From a virus, in the IMG/VR virus record IMGVR_UViG_3300042261_000588, positions 64,001 through 128,000 of that record: a stretch of DNA of 64,000 nucleotides. The stretch is one strand, 5' to 3'. Positions 9,481-19,219 of this stretch are shown here, one piece after another; position 1 is the first letter of the stretch; each line of letters begins with the position of its first letter. A model generated the notes under the pieces. It ran no database searches and was not told the origin of the DNA. It was given only the letters and a program-made list of their open reading frames with translations. The translations under genes were made by a program, and so were the position numbers.

Positions 9481-10035
9481 ATGAATATCGTTCTGACAAG
9501 AAAATCGGATACCAACAAGTCTGAGTTTTATCTGGCTGCTGTGAAGCGGTCAGGTGATGTTTACGTGGCAATCAGCAAGCGAATCACGAATGATGGGCGC
9601 ATGATTGCGACGTGTTCTGACTTCAAATATAGCACGGAGAAAGAGGCGAAGAAGAAGGTTCGTGATCTCATCAAGATCAAGATGAAGAGGCAGGATTGGA
9701 ATCTGATTGATTTGTCGAATCTTCCTCAGCCAGTGATGAAGTTTCTGGAAGTGCCGCCGGAGATGCAGGTGACTCCCGAAGAGCTGGTTATGATTCTTCG
9801 TGATGCTCAGAAAGAACGGTATTGCGTATTCTCGGATGTGGCAGGGCTGGAAGAATATTTCGATGCAGGGATTGAATACATCGGATATGAAACCGGAGAT
9901 GCTCATACATTCAAGGCTTTTGACAAGTTCGGGACTTTGCGGGAGTGCTTCATTCGTCGTTTGTCCAAGATCGAGCCGACTGAACGGGCGATTGAGGCGG
10001 AATACTTGGCTAATAGGATGGAGACTAAGCTATGA
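9481..10035 (+). CDS. hypothetical protein (N-terminus weakly WGR-like)
   Basis: ORF; TNKSEFY...EKEAKKKVRDLIKIK pattern. Confidence 0.55.
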   Translation: MNIVLTRKSDTNKSEFYLAAVKRSGDVYVAISKRITNDGRMIATCSDFKYSTEKEAKKKVRDLIKIKMKRQDWNLIDLSNLPQPVMKFLEVPPEMQVTPEELVMILRDAQKERYCVFSDVAGLEEYFDAGIEYIGYETGDAHTFKAFDKFGTLRECFIRRLSKIEPTERAIEAEYLANRMETKL

Positions 10036-10622
10036 GATCAAAACCACAGGTTTCTGATCATTGGCGAGCAGACTTTCGTTGTGAGGCATCACAGTGTGGC
10101 TATCGGTGCGGAAATGAGATTGCCAAGCTGATCGACTTCATTCGTGACGAGTATAGGGTAAAATACGGTGTCGAATATCGATTGCGCAAGATCGGAAAGA
10201 ATCAATTTCTAGCCGTGCCGGGAGATCAGAGCGATTTGGGCGTCTCATATGCAGTTGAGGCAGCTCAGAAGTTTAATACGTCTGTGACTTGTGAATCTAG
10301 AAAAGTAGATCAAGGGAAATTGAAAAATCACACTCAAAGACCCGAATGGCAAGGAGTTCAAATGAAAGATGAGGAAAACAATCTGATGTTCCAGGAGAGA
10401 TTGCTGGCTGAGAACAAGAGACTGCAAAACGTGCTGGAAGAGGATCGGGATCGGTTCATCAGGGTTCAGGATGCAGAGGTGTGTCTCGCAGAGTCGCCCG
10501 ATCTAGAGTCGATGGTATGCTCGTTTGGTTCGTATCCGGCGTCGATGCGTAAAGAGGCTCTTCGAAAGATCGCAAGTTTCTGTGTTGGATTTGTAGAGGA
10601 GAAGCTGAAGGATGGCGTCTGA
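10032..10622 (+). CDS. hypothetical protein
   Basis: ATGA overlap with the previous gene. Confidence 0.55.
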   Translation: MRSKPQVSDHWRADFRCEASQCGYRCGNEIAKLIDFIRDEYRVKYGVEYRLRKIGKNQFLAVPGDQSDLGVSYAVEAAQKFNTSVTCESRKVDQGKLKNHTQRPEWQGVQMKDEENNLMFQERLLAENKRLQNVLEEDRDRFIRVQDAEVCLAESPDLESMVCSFGSYPASMRKEALRKIASFCVGFVEEKLKDGV

Positions 10623-11217
10623 TAGAGCCATAAAGGTCAGAGATGATCTAAATCGGCTAATCGATAAACTGACGGAAGATGAATCCGATCAGGATGGTTA
10701 CGTCATGTCGTGTTGCATCGCACTTGCCGTTGAAGAGATCGAAAAGTGGATGTATCATGGCGAGTTCACTCCATCAGTCACTCCGTATCGAGAAGGCAAA
10801 GACTTAAATCCCAAGAAAAAACAAAAACAGGCCTCCGAGGGTAATTTCTTTGCCTTTGTCCATCCTCTGCCAACACCCGCTTCGGTAGGGAATCCAACCT
10901 CTTCTCCGGTGCAACCACCTGCAAATCAAGGTCTTCCAGCGTCATCGCCAATTTTTGAAAGACTTCGTGTTAGGGCAGAAGCAGCACCAATTAAGATCAG
11001 GTCTTTCTCGTTTCTCGACACTTTAGCTCTAGAGGATTGGACGCCAGATATGATGAAGGCGTTTCGTGAGGGTAGTCGGGAGCGATTTTTCAATAGCATC
11101 AAGATGCTTCTAAGTAGTCCGTCTTGGTTAAGTTGTACAGAGGTGATGAACTATGTGAACAAGATGATAAAGGCGTATCCACACCTATGGATGGTAGATT
11201 GCAAAGAAAAGGCATAA
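10612..11217 (+). CDS. hypothetical protein
   Basis: ORF in tight operon. Confidence 0.55.
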   Translation: MASDRAIKVRDDLNRLIDKLTEDESDQDGYVMSCCIALAVEEIEKWMYHGEFTPSVTPYREGKDLNPKKKQKQASEGNFFAFVHPLPTPASVGNPTSSPVQPPANQGLPASSPIFERLRVRAEAAPIKIRSFSFLDTLALEDWTPDMMKAFREGSRERFFNSIKMLLSSPSWLSCTEVMNYVNKMIKAYPHLWMVDCKEKA

Positions 11218-11219
11218 AC

Positions 11220-12191
11220 ATGAGAACATTCACTGGAAAGTTGACGAAAGAACAGTTGGCCGGGGCAATCGCATATGCGTTTTCCACCATGGAAGGATTT
11301 AAGGGTGACATTCCTCCTTCGGAGTGCAAGGATGCTATTGATTTCCTCAAGAAGAATGAAATGCAGACGGGGCAATTCACCAAACAGATCGAAGCCGACC
11401 TGAAGAAGGTCAGTTTTGACGAGGAAAATCTCGAATGGGAGGAGGGAGAGGGTTATTCCGGGACAGGATCAATCACCGGGTTTCATACCCTGCCCAATGG
11501 ATTGACTTATCTTGGGATTTCGGCTGGCGGTGATTGGGAGGTTCCCCTGTTTTACATCCTCTACTATGATGGTTTGAATTTGCGTGGGTATATCCCGACG
11601 GATGGCAATCACTGGAACACTGACACCAAGACGGCTTATGGCAGCGAGGACGATGCAGGGATTGAAGATGCTGAGGCTGTTTCAGATGTTAATGCCAGGA
11701 AGCGGTTCAGGGTGAACAGCAGGGCCGATTTGGGAAACATGGACCCGGATAAGATTCTGGAGGACATTACTCGTAATATCGTGTTTACTCAGGGTCGGTT
11801 TGTGGCTCCCAAGGGCTTAGCAGATATCGATGAGGCGAAGTTCAAGTCCGACACGGCTGCTCGGTTTAGTCAGTCTGTTGATAATATGAAGGATTGGGAC
11901 GCCCATTGGAATCAGAGATGTTCTAGGAATGATGAGACATTCTCTATTGGCAGTCCTGTAACTCGGGCTCCCGAATCTCAGAAACCCATTGACAAGATCA
12001 TTGAAGACATCAAGCAGGAGACTCGGTTGTTTGTTGGTGATATTGAGAGGCTAGAGAAAATGCAACATATTGGTTGGGATGAACAAAGATTTGCAAACGA
12101 GATTGAGGTGCAGACTCGGTTGTATTGTTCCCGTATTTTGGCACAGTTCCCGAAGGGATACAAGCCGGCGTCTGATTCTGCAAGGAATTGA
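11220..12191 (+). CDS. hypothetical phage protein
   Basis: conserved-looking core FDEEN..GGDWEVP...LRGYIPTDGN. Confidence 0.65.
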   Translation: MRTFTGKLTKEQLAGAIAYAFSTMEGFKGDIPPSECKDAIDFLKKNEMQTGQFTKQIEADLKKVSFDEENLEWEEGEGYSGTGSITGFHTLPNGLTYLGISAGGDWEVPLFYILYYDGLNLRGYIPTDGNHWNTDTKTAYGSEDDAGIEDAEAVSDVNARKRFRVNSRADLGNMDPDKILEDITRNIVFTQGRFVAPKGLADIDEAKFKSDTAARFSQSVDNMKDWDAHWNQRCSRNDETFSIGSPVTRAPESQKPIDKIIEDIKQETRLFVGDIERLEKMQHIGWDEQRFANEIEVQTRLYCSRILAQFPKGYKPASDSARN

Positions 12192-12372
12192 GATTTCGGA
12201 GTATAATAGGATGCGATGTGGATAAGGAGGCTGATTAGTGTGAGAAAGGCAAGACGAATGAACGGAGAGCACTCGCACAAGACTTTTCTTTTGCGATGTC
12301 GGAGAATGCCAAAAGGATGTTGGCAGAGATATTAGCGGCTGATTATGTGCGTCTTTCGAGCGTCGAAAAACC

Positions 12373-13674
12373 ATGATACAGAGAATTGAAGTTTGGAATT
12401 TTGAGTCACATGAGCATTCAGTCCTTGAGGATTTGTCTCCGGGACTGAATTTACTTCTTGGAGACTCAAACAGTGGCAAGACCAGCATTAGTGCAAGGGC
12501 GCTTAAGCTGGTTGCCTATAACGACTTCAATCCTCGTTCTGTTCGCACGGGAGCTACTCATTGTGTCGTTCAAGTGGATACCGACAAGGGTAGGGTAAAG
12601 GTAACAAGGGGTCCGAAACACAATGCTTGGGAAGTCACAAAGACTGGACAGCAGACACAGTATTTTGACAAGGTTGGTGTCAACATCATTCCAGAAGTGT
12701 CAGAGATCATTGGTTTGAATATCGTGACCTTGGGAGATGTTAAGGTTCCAGTCAATATCATGGATCAGCTTGAATCCCACTTCATGCTTGCAGGAGTCGG
12801 AGACAAGGATGCCACTGGTTCGATGCGGGCACAGATCGTGGATGAGATTTCTGGGTTGTCGGGGATTGAGAGCATCATCAAGGATGTCAGTCTTGACAAT
12901 ACTCGATTTGGGCGTGAGATAAAGGAGATTGAGAAGCAGATGGCCGTCGTCAGGGGACAACTTCATCCAGAGCCTCCTTTAAAGGAAGAGGAAGAAGTCT
13001 TAACCAAGGCAGAACAGGAATTGAAGGACAGTGCGATGATGCTTTCATTGATGGATGAAGGCAATGATTTGATGAATAAGGTGAATTCAGCTTCAAGACA
13101 AATAAGTGATCTGAATCGTCGGGAGTCGGAGATTCCGAATACAGCTCTTGCCATTCAAGAGATTTCAAGAGCAGAAGAATTGACAGTTCGTGCGGTGTCG
13201 GCGGGAAACCTTCATCGTGACGGTGTCATATCTGCGGGTCGTCTGGCTGGGATAAACAAGATATTGGCTGGGATGCCGGATGTTCAGCAGGCGGCTTGTT
13301 TTCTCAATGAGTCAGATACTGCCAGCAGGGTTCTGGTGAATGCCACGGACATCTATGGGCGGTGGAAGTCGGCAAGTCGGGACGTGGTAGTGAAACAGGA
13401 CATGGATCGTAAGATCGTTGAAGCTTTAAAGTCTAGTGTGGAGATGGGAAAGGCTCAGGATGCTGTGACTAAGCGTGGTGAGGCCGAGACATTACTTTGG
13501 GAGGCTCAGCAGAAGATGGCTAGTCTGGCAGGATTGCAGGATAGAATCAAGGATTATGAAAGGTTGCTCAAAGATGCGGAGAAGGAACGGGACGATCTTC
13601 TCGCTTTGATCAAGACTTGTCCGTTGACTTTAAAACCTGTTTTTAAGCAATGTATGGAAGGGGTGATAGTATGA
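12373..13674 (+). CDS. SbcC/Rad50-like ATPase, N-terminal half
   Basis: IEVWNFESH, Walker A GDSNSGKTS, Q-loop, coiled coil ending at hook-like TCPL. Confidence 0.85.
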   Translation: MIQRIEVWNFESHEHSVLEDLSPGLNLLLGDSNSGKTSISARALKLVAYNDFNPRSVRTGATHCVVQVDTDKGRVKVTRGPKHNAWEVTKTGQQTQYFDKVGVNIIPEVSEIIGLNIVTLGDVKVPVNIMDQLESHFMLAGVGDKDATGSMRAQIVDEISGLSGIESIIKDVSLDNTRFGREIKEIEKQMAVVRGQLHPEPPLKEEEEVLTKAEQELKDSAMMLSLMDEGNDLMNKVNSASRQISDLNRRESEIPNTALAIQEISRAEELTVRAVSAGNLHRDGVISAGRLAGINKILAGMPDVQQAACFLNESDTASRVLVNATDIYGRWKSASRDVVVKQDMDRKIVEALKSSVEMGKAQDAVTKRGEAETLLWEAQQKMASLAGLQDRIKDYERLLKDAEKERDDLLALIKTCPLTLKPVFKQCMEGVIV

Positions 13675-13994
13675 AGCCAAATGTAGATGAGGAAAACTTG
13701 GAAAGCATATTCGTTTGTGTCGACGTAATCTAAGGTCGGATCGGGTGAAGTGTTGTGCGACGTGTCCTTTCGAGGAGTTCATCGTGACTCATACCCCCTG
13801 ATTTAAAGAGTCTTTTCGAGACCAAGAGGAGTATGGTTTAAACGGGAGGTCTGAATGAATGAGCCATTGGAGACGGAATCCAAAGTTGATTTGGTTCTCT
13901 ACGAGTTGAAGCGAAGAAGTCTTAGGATCGCAAGAGACTTCTTCGCTGAGAGGGGAATAGCTGAACAGGAGAAGAGACATGCCGAATGGGAGCA

Positions 13995-14054
13995 GCAGAA
14001 CGCTACCGCTCACTCGCGAGCGGTAGCGAGTCGCGGTGAAGCTGGTTGTTCGGC
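13995..14054 (+). repeat. attC-like 60-bp palindromic site 1
   Basis: GCAGAAC...GTTCGGC; near-identical to 14293..14352. Confidence 0.6.
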
Positions 14055-14072
14055 TTTGAATGGATGTGCAAA

Positions 14073-14291
14073 ATGACAGTCGGAGAACTCAAGAAGGCGC
14101 TGGAACTATGGCCGGACGAACTTCCGGTCGTCCTTTCACGTGACGCGGCAGGGAACGAACACCGCCCGCTGTTAAAGGTAGGCCAGGGCTACTACGAGGC
14201 GGAGGCGAAGTGGTACGGACACGCGACCGAGACGGTAGATGATGCCGGGTCGGACGCCAAATTGGTGGTGATACTGTGGCCGGTGAACTGA
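14073..14291 (+). CDS. small GC-rich cassette-like ORF
   Basis: MTVGELKKAL..P.ELPVV; lies exactly between the two attC-like sites. Confidence 0.7.
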   Translation: MTVGELKKALELWPDELPVVLSRDAAGNEHRPLLKVGQGYYEAEAKWYGHATETVDDAGSDAKLVVILWPVN

Positions 14292-14292
14292 A

Positions 14293-14352
14293 GCCGAACG
14301 TTCCCGCTCACCAGCGAGCGGTAACGAGTCGCGGTGAAGCTGGTTGTTCGCC
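14293..14352 (+). repeat. attC-like 60-bp palindromic site 2
   Basis: GCCGAAC...GTTCGCC, 1 nt after the stop codon. Confidence 0.6.
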
Positions 14353-14367
14353 AATTGGAGGTACGTT

Positions 14368-14532
14368 ATGATCTGTTCTATCTGCGGCGGCCGCGTCGAG
14401 TGGCAAGGGCTGCTCCACAATCTGACGCATACGAAGTGCCGCGCGTGCGGAGCAATCAACGCGCAAGAGGTTGACCCGCAAGACGATGACCCGCAAGACG
14501 ATGAGGAATCCGATACGGAGAACATGTTGTAA
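14368..14532 (+). CDS. small Zn-ribbon cassette-like ORF
   Basis: SD GGAGGT; CSICGG...CRACG; acidic tail. Confidence 0.6.
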   Translation: MICSICGGRVEWQGLLHNLTHTKCRACGAINAQEVDPQDDDPQDDEESDTENML

Positions 14533-14624
14533 TGCGGCTGAGAGAGGAGGGAAAAGAGAGAAATGGATGAAAGACAATTATATTACACCAGCCGATATGG
14601 CAGGGTTTATGAACTAGGAGGCTT

Positions 14625-15158
14625 ATGAGAGAGTTTATCGGGCACAAGATCAAGGTAGCCACACGGGCGATTGGAATTGTTGAGGGGTTGTTGGTCGATG
14701 ACCGTTCATCTATGATTCTCGTGAAAGGTTCTGACAGAAAGATCACTCGTATTATGAAGTCAGACATTGGCAGTTTTATGCCGATGGACTTCGAGCCTTT
14801 CGAGTATGTCCCCTTCCACGTTTTATTCTGCGAGAACAAAAGAATGCCGTGTCCGGGAGTACAATACATCAAGGAAGGAGATGGATTCTCAAAATCAGAC
14901 GTTGAAGACTTTGTCGGTCCCTGTCCGTGCAGGAGCGAAGAATGCGTGATGGGAACAAAGGGAGAGCTTAGAAGTGTGTCAGGAAAGTTTCTAAAAGGAA
15001 TGTTGGCTGGAACAATGTTCGGGGAATACCCGAAGAAAGAAGGTAGAGATGGCAGATCAGAAACAGGATCAGGATTTGCAGCAGCAGATGCAGCGGCTCC
15101 AAAAGGCAAGGGCAAAGGCAGAGGAGCTGTCAAGGGAGAAAAGCCGGATAACGGGTGA
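14625..15158 (+). CDS. hypothetical protein
   Basis: SD GGAGG; Sm-like N-terminus and Cys cluster; 3' end overlaps the next ORF by 110 nt. Confidence 0.55.
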   Translation: MREFIGHKIKVATRAIGIVEGLLVDDRSSMILVKGSDRKITRIMKSDIGSFMPMDFEPFEYVPFHVLFCENKRMPCPGVQYIKEGDGFSKSDVEDFVGPCPCRSEECVMGTKGELRSVSGKFLKGMLAGTMFGEYPKKEGRDGRSETGSGFAAADAAAPKGKGKGRGAVKGEKPDNG

Positions 15159-15453
15159 GCTTGGGGCACTTCAGAATCAGATGAAGGACCTTGAGGCGAA
15201 GTGCAAGACCGATTTCGATTGTAATATTAACGATCTTCCTGCTTTCATCGCGAAACTGAAGGAAGAGTCTGCAATCTCATTGCAGAATGCGGAGATCATC
15301 CTTGGTATGCGGGAAGGCACAGTTATCGTTCCGAAGCCCCAAGAGGTGTCAATACCCATCCCGGAACCAGAGAGGCCAAGAATGGGTGCTAGAGTGGCTC
15401 CAGTGGCACGCCCTGTCTTAGATTCCGGGCATGATGAAGACGGTCTGCCCTGA
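15049..15453 (+). CDS. coiled-coil hypothetical protein
   Basis: heptad-rich N-terminus. Confidence 0.55.
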   Translation: MADQKQDQDLQQQMQRLQKARAKAEELSREKSRITGELGALQNQMKDLEAKCKTDFDCNINDLPAFIAKLKEESAISLQNAEIILGMREGTVIVPKPQEVSIPIPEPERPRMGARVAPVARPVLDSGHDEDGLP

Positions 15454-15472
15454 TTTTCTGGACAAATGACTT

Positions 15473-16243
15473 ATGGAAGTAGACCACATATCGGCATCGG
15501 CGGTCAAGACATACAAACAATGTCCCTTGAAATTTTGGGCGGTTTATGTCGAAAAGCTCCCCGAGCCACCTCCTCATCCCAATACCGTCATGGGGTCATG
15601 TCTCCACGACATGATGGAGTCGGCGACAAATCAGAGGATGATCCCGGATAGTGATCCAGATAAGCATGATCCGATGTTCTGGAAAGAAGCTGCTGTCACT
15701 CAGCATAAGGTCGAGAGGCAACTTCTTCCGGTGATTGATGAATTGGTTGCCAATGCGGTTCGGTGGGGATATTTCAGGAACATTCATAGAACAGTCGGTT
15801 GTGAAATCAAGATCGAGTTTCCACTTCCTAATGGTATCAATGTGACGGGGTATATTGACCGTCTGGATGTGATGACCCCAGACATGGACATCATTGATCT
15901 CAAGACGCAGAAGAACGCCTTTGAACCGGACGAGCTAAGTGATAATTGGCAGGCTCGAATTTACAATATCGGCGCAAGGCGTCTTAGGCCGGACATAACA
16001 GGGATTGCTACCGTTTCATTTTGGGTATTGCGCCATCAGGTTCAGAGGGTTATACTAAATTCCCAAGATGCGGATAACGACATTATTCGTCTTGCGAGTA
16101 TAGTAGATGAGATTCGTGCATGCAAGGACCCTGAAGGCAAGCCTTCTGGATTGTGTCCTTGGTGTCCGTATGAGAAGCAGTGTCCTACGAAGAATGGCAA
16201 TGCAAGGTATCGGTTGAAAAATGCAAAAAACAAAAAAGCGTAG
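15473..16243 (+). CDS. PD-(D/E)xK RecB/Cas4-like exonuclease
   Basis: SAS...QCP, GS.LH, GYIDRLD, IIDLKT, Q...Y, CPWCPYEKQCP. Confidence 0.88.
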   Translation: MEVDHISASAVKTYKQCPLKFWAVYVEKLPEPPPHPNTVMGSCLHDMMESATNQRMIPDSDPDKHDPMFWKEAAVTQHKVERQLLPVIDELVANAVRWGYFRNIHRTVGCEIKIEFPLPNGINVTGYIDRLDVMTPDMDIIDLKTQKNAFEPDELSDNWQARIYNIGARRLRPDITGIATVSFWVLRHQVQRVILNSQDADNDIIRLASIVDEIRACKDPEGKPSGLCPWCPYEKQCPTKNGNARYRLKNAKNKKA

Positions 16244-16528
16244 TCCGGCGCATCATTTATCTAAGGGGTTCCACCCGAGTTAAAAGAGAATTGCCAAAAG
16301 TTGAAGACTGGGGTTTGCACAGAATGTGGTATGTTCCCTTACAGTGGAAGGCTTACCAGAAAGCACAAGTGTTTGAAAAAGACTCCACAATTGTTTGTGT
16401 AGATGGTGATAATTTCCTGTTCGATTTACAATGTAAAATCAGTAGAAACAAAGGAGACAGTATGGATCAGCTATGGATATGTGGAAAACTCATCGCCAAA
16501 GTTGAGTTTTCTGAAAGGAGCGAAGCGA

Positions 16529-16690
16529 GTGAAAGATAAACTCAAACGCCTTGTTCGGCGTTTTCTATGGGGGTGGATTGGCTTGCTGGGCGACAATCTC
16601 ATAGTGTGGCACGCCCGCAAGACAGGACGCCCCGGTGTGGAAAACTCGCCGGGACCAATTCAACAGTGGTGCAGGGAGCAGTGGCGATGA
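16529..16690 (+). CDS. small cassette-like ORF
   Basis: contains GTTCGGCG (16553) near its start and is followed by CGCCGAAC (16691). Confidence 0.4.
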   Translation: MKDKLKRLVRRFLWGWIGLLGDNLIVWHARKTGRPGVENSPGPIQQWCREQWR

Positions 16691-16908
16691 CGCCGAACAG
16701 TGAATGGGAAGATACTGGAATTGTGTGGGCATTTCAGGGAGTCTTCGATGATGAAAAGAAGGCCGACGCTGCATGTAAGGATGCGAGCTATTTCATCTTC
16801 CCGGCAGTCTTGAATCAGGAATTGCCTCGTGAAGACAAGGATGCTGAAAACGTAAGGTTTCCTCGAATTGAAGAAGACATCCCTTCTGTCGAGCAAGAAG
16901 GAAAGTAG
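16687..16908 (+). CDS. small hypothetical protein
   Basis: W.FQGVFDDEKKA..AC motif common in small phage ORFs. Confidence 0.55.
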   Translation: MTPNSEWEDTGIVWAFQGVFDDEKKADAACKDASYFIFPAVLNQELPREDKDAENVRFPRIEEDIPSVEQEGK

Positions 16909-16917
16909 GACTTGAAT

Positions 16918-17508
16918 ATGTCAGAAGAACAAGAGAAGTATGTTGCCGGTCAGTCTTTTTGCGGGCTCGATCTTTCGTTGACCAACACAGGATTCTGTCT
17001 TAAAAATGGGAGCACTATAACCATTGACACAATCAAGACGGAGCCGAAGAACTTCAAGAACGACTTGGATCGTCTGATTCACATTAGGAATACCATTATC
17101 TCCAAGCTTCCAGTAGGTGTGAAAATGGTTTGCATCGAGGACTTTTTCGTACCATCCAACAGACTTCAGATCGGGTCCGGCATAAAGTTGGCTATGTTAG
17201 GAACGGCTATTAGGTTGTCTCTGTATGAGAGAGGTATTCCTTTCGTGATCGTATCACCCCTTCAGCTTAAGAAATTCGTCACCGGAAAGGGCGTTGGCGA
17301 CAAGAGCATGATTCTACGGGAAGTTTTCAAACGATGGGGGATCGATGCCAAGGATGACAATCAGGCAGACGCATCTGTTCTTTCGTATTTGGCAGAGGCA
17401 TTACTATCTGAAATAACCGATGATACTCCAAAGTTTCAAGCGGAGGTCATTCGGACTGTTAGGCAGGATAGACCCAGATACAATGTCAATGCAGAGTGGG
17501 CCGTATAG
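16918..17508 (+). CDS. ruvC: RuvC-like Holliday junction resolvase
   Basis: GLDLSLTNTG, VCIED, LKKFVTGKG..DK, DNQADA. Confidence 0.85.
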   Translation: MSEEQEKYVAGQSFCGLDLSLTNTGFCLKNGSTITIDTIKTEPKNFKNDLDRLIHIRNTIISKLPVGVKMVCIEDFFVPSNRLQIGSGIKLAMLGTAIRLSLYERGIPFVIVSPLQLKKFVTGKGVGDKSMILREVFKRWGIDAKDDNQADASVLSYLAEALLSEITDDTPKFQAEVIRTVRQDRPRYNVNAEWAV

Positions 17509-17666
17509 GGAAACAAATTGGGGGAAATAACATGGACAAAGAAACACTGAACGCGTACACTATCTGGATTGCTCGTGAGGCTATAGTGGGGGACAATACA
17601 TTCGGCAGTCCGAGTTGCAAGTGCGGCGCTTGAGCAAGCAGAAGAGGACGAATAGGAGGATTGTTC

Positions 17667-18647
17667 ATGCTAAGATTCGATGCTCATTGTCATGTTTTTA
17701 ATGGCCGAATTCTGGCCGATGCAACTAGGATGATGGCTAAGCCAGAAGTGGCCAAGGCTTCGTGGTTTAGTTGGATTACAGAGACTATCCTCAGTCTTAT
17801 TCGATCTGAGTCTGGGAATAATCAATTCATCTGCAGGTCTATCAAGAGACGTTTTCCAGATGATACTCCTGCTACGATCCCTCTTGCAATGGACATACAA
17901 TATCTCTTTACTCCTCCTTTGAAACAGTGTGAGATGTCTGGAGTCGAGGGCAAGCCACTTTCCATAAATTCTGGGCTGATGGATCAGATCAATGCTCTTA
18001 AGAAGCTATCGGCTCGTGGAAATTGCTTTCCATTCTTTCCAGTTGATCCTAGACGGCCTGGAATCGTCAAGGCGGTGCTTGATGGCAATATTGTGACGAA
18101 GAAGAAGGGTGGGTTCTATGGAGTTAAGTTATACCCTCGCTTGGGGTATCATCCTCAATCAAGCAATCTATGTGACCTCTATCGCTACTGTGAGGCCAAG
18201 AAGATTCCCATAACATCACATGCTGGTGCGGGTGGATTTCCACCATTCGGAACGAATTCTGGCTGGTTCTCAAACCCCGAGGAATTCAGGCCAATCTTAA
18301 ATCAGTTCCCTGATCTGAGAATCGACTTCGCACACTGGGGAATTGGGAATGATGCGTGGTCTGAATCAATTCTGTCGTTGATGCATGACTTTCCGAATGT
18401 CTACTCCGACTTGGCGTGTTTCAACTCGCCGGGAGACTTACCCAAATTCATTCGTAAGTATCTGGGGAATTCTCTTGTTCTCAAAAGGACCTTGTATGGA
18501 AGCGATTTCGATGTGTTCTACCTTACAGAAACAAAATTCGATATGGATTCATATTTGGATTCATTTATCAATCTAGTAGGGATGGATGATTTGGATAGTA
18601 TGATGTGTTTGAATCCGGTAAAATTTTTAGGTATCGAGCCGAGATAG
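17667..18647 (+). CDS. amidohydrolase 2 family metal-dependent hydrolase
   Basis: DAHCH, GVKLYP, FAHWG, VYSDLA, YGSDF. Confidence 0.85.
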   Translation: MLRFDAHCHVFNGRILADATRMMAKPEVAKASWFSWITETILSLIRSESGNNQFICRSIKRRFPDDTPATIPLAMDIQYLFTPPLKQCEMSGVEGKPLSINSGLMDQINALKKLSARGNCFPFFPVDPRRPGIVKAVLDGNIVTKKKGGFYGVKLYPRLGYHPQSSNLCDLYRYCEAKKIPITSHAGAGGFPPFGTNSGWFSNPEEFRPILNQFPDLRIDFAHWGIGNDAWSESILSLMHDFPNVYSDLACFNSPGDLPKFIRKYLGNSLVLKRTLYGSDFDVFYLTETKFDMDSYLDSFINLVGMDDLDSMMCLNPVKFLGIEPR

Positions 18648-18659
18648 AAGGAGTGGGAT

Positions 18660-18881
18660 ATGCCTCGTAAGATCGTCGACAGTTCATGTAATCAGAGAAC
18701 TCTTTGGGAGATCAAGGTGCCTAATCGGGAGCCTAATCGGGAGCCAGCTTCAGGCGTTACTTGTCCGTCATGTGGCGGAGAAATGACCAGAGGTTCGGTT
18801 CCTTGTCCAGATGGTAAGCCTTGGTGCATTGTCAATCATCAAGGACTTCAGTGTTCTAAATGCAGTAAGTTTTGGAATTGA
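18660..18881 (+). CDS. small Zn-finger protein
   Basis: CPSCGG...CPDG..C..H..CSKC. Confidence 0.55.
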   Translation: MPRKIVDSSCNQRTLWEIKVPNREPNREPASGVTCPSCGGEMTRGSVPCPDGKPWCIVNHQGLQCSKCSKFWN

Positions 18882-18893
18882 TTGGAATATAAA

Positions 18894-19217
18894 ATGAGTG
18901 TTTATCTTGCACACCTGATCGGCGACTACCTATTGCAAACGGACCGGATGGCTATCGGGAAGAAGAAGTCGTCTTGGATTTGTCTCGTTCATGTTCTGAC
19001 ATATTTGATTCCATTTATATTCACGCCATTGGTTTGGTGGAAGCTGGCTCTGATAGGGCTACAGCACTTCTTACAGGACAGATGGAACTTCGTTCCTTGG
19101 TTTATGTGTGTTAAGGGTAGTGGTCAGTTTACCCTCCCTCCTTGTGGTCCATGGTCGGTGATTGTGACCGATAACATCCTACATATCTTGTTTATCGCTT
19201 GGATCGCTTCGATCTGA
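18894..19217 (+). CDS. DUF3307-like membrane protein
   Basis: AHLIGDYLLQTDRMA, H...D, DNILH. Confidence 0.75.
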   Translation: MSVYLAHLIGDYLLQTDRMAIGKKKSSWICLVHVLTYLIPFIFTPLVWWKLALIGLQHFLQDRWNFVPWFMCVKGSGQFTLPPCGPWSVIVTDNILHILFIAWIASI

Positions 19218-19219
19218 AA

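Noticed and set aside
12373-13674. SbcC as a truncated pseudogene
   Set aside because: It ends at the hook-like motif, consistent with the split SbcC arrangement of large phages; the other half may lie outside the window
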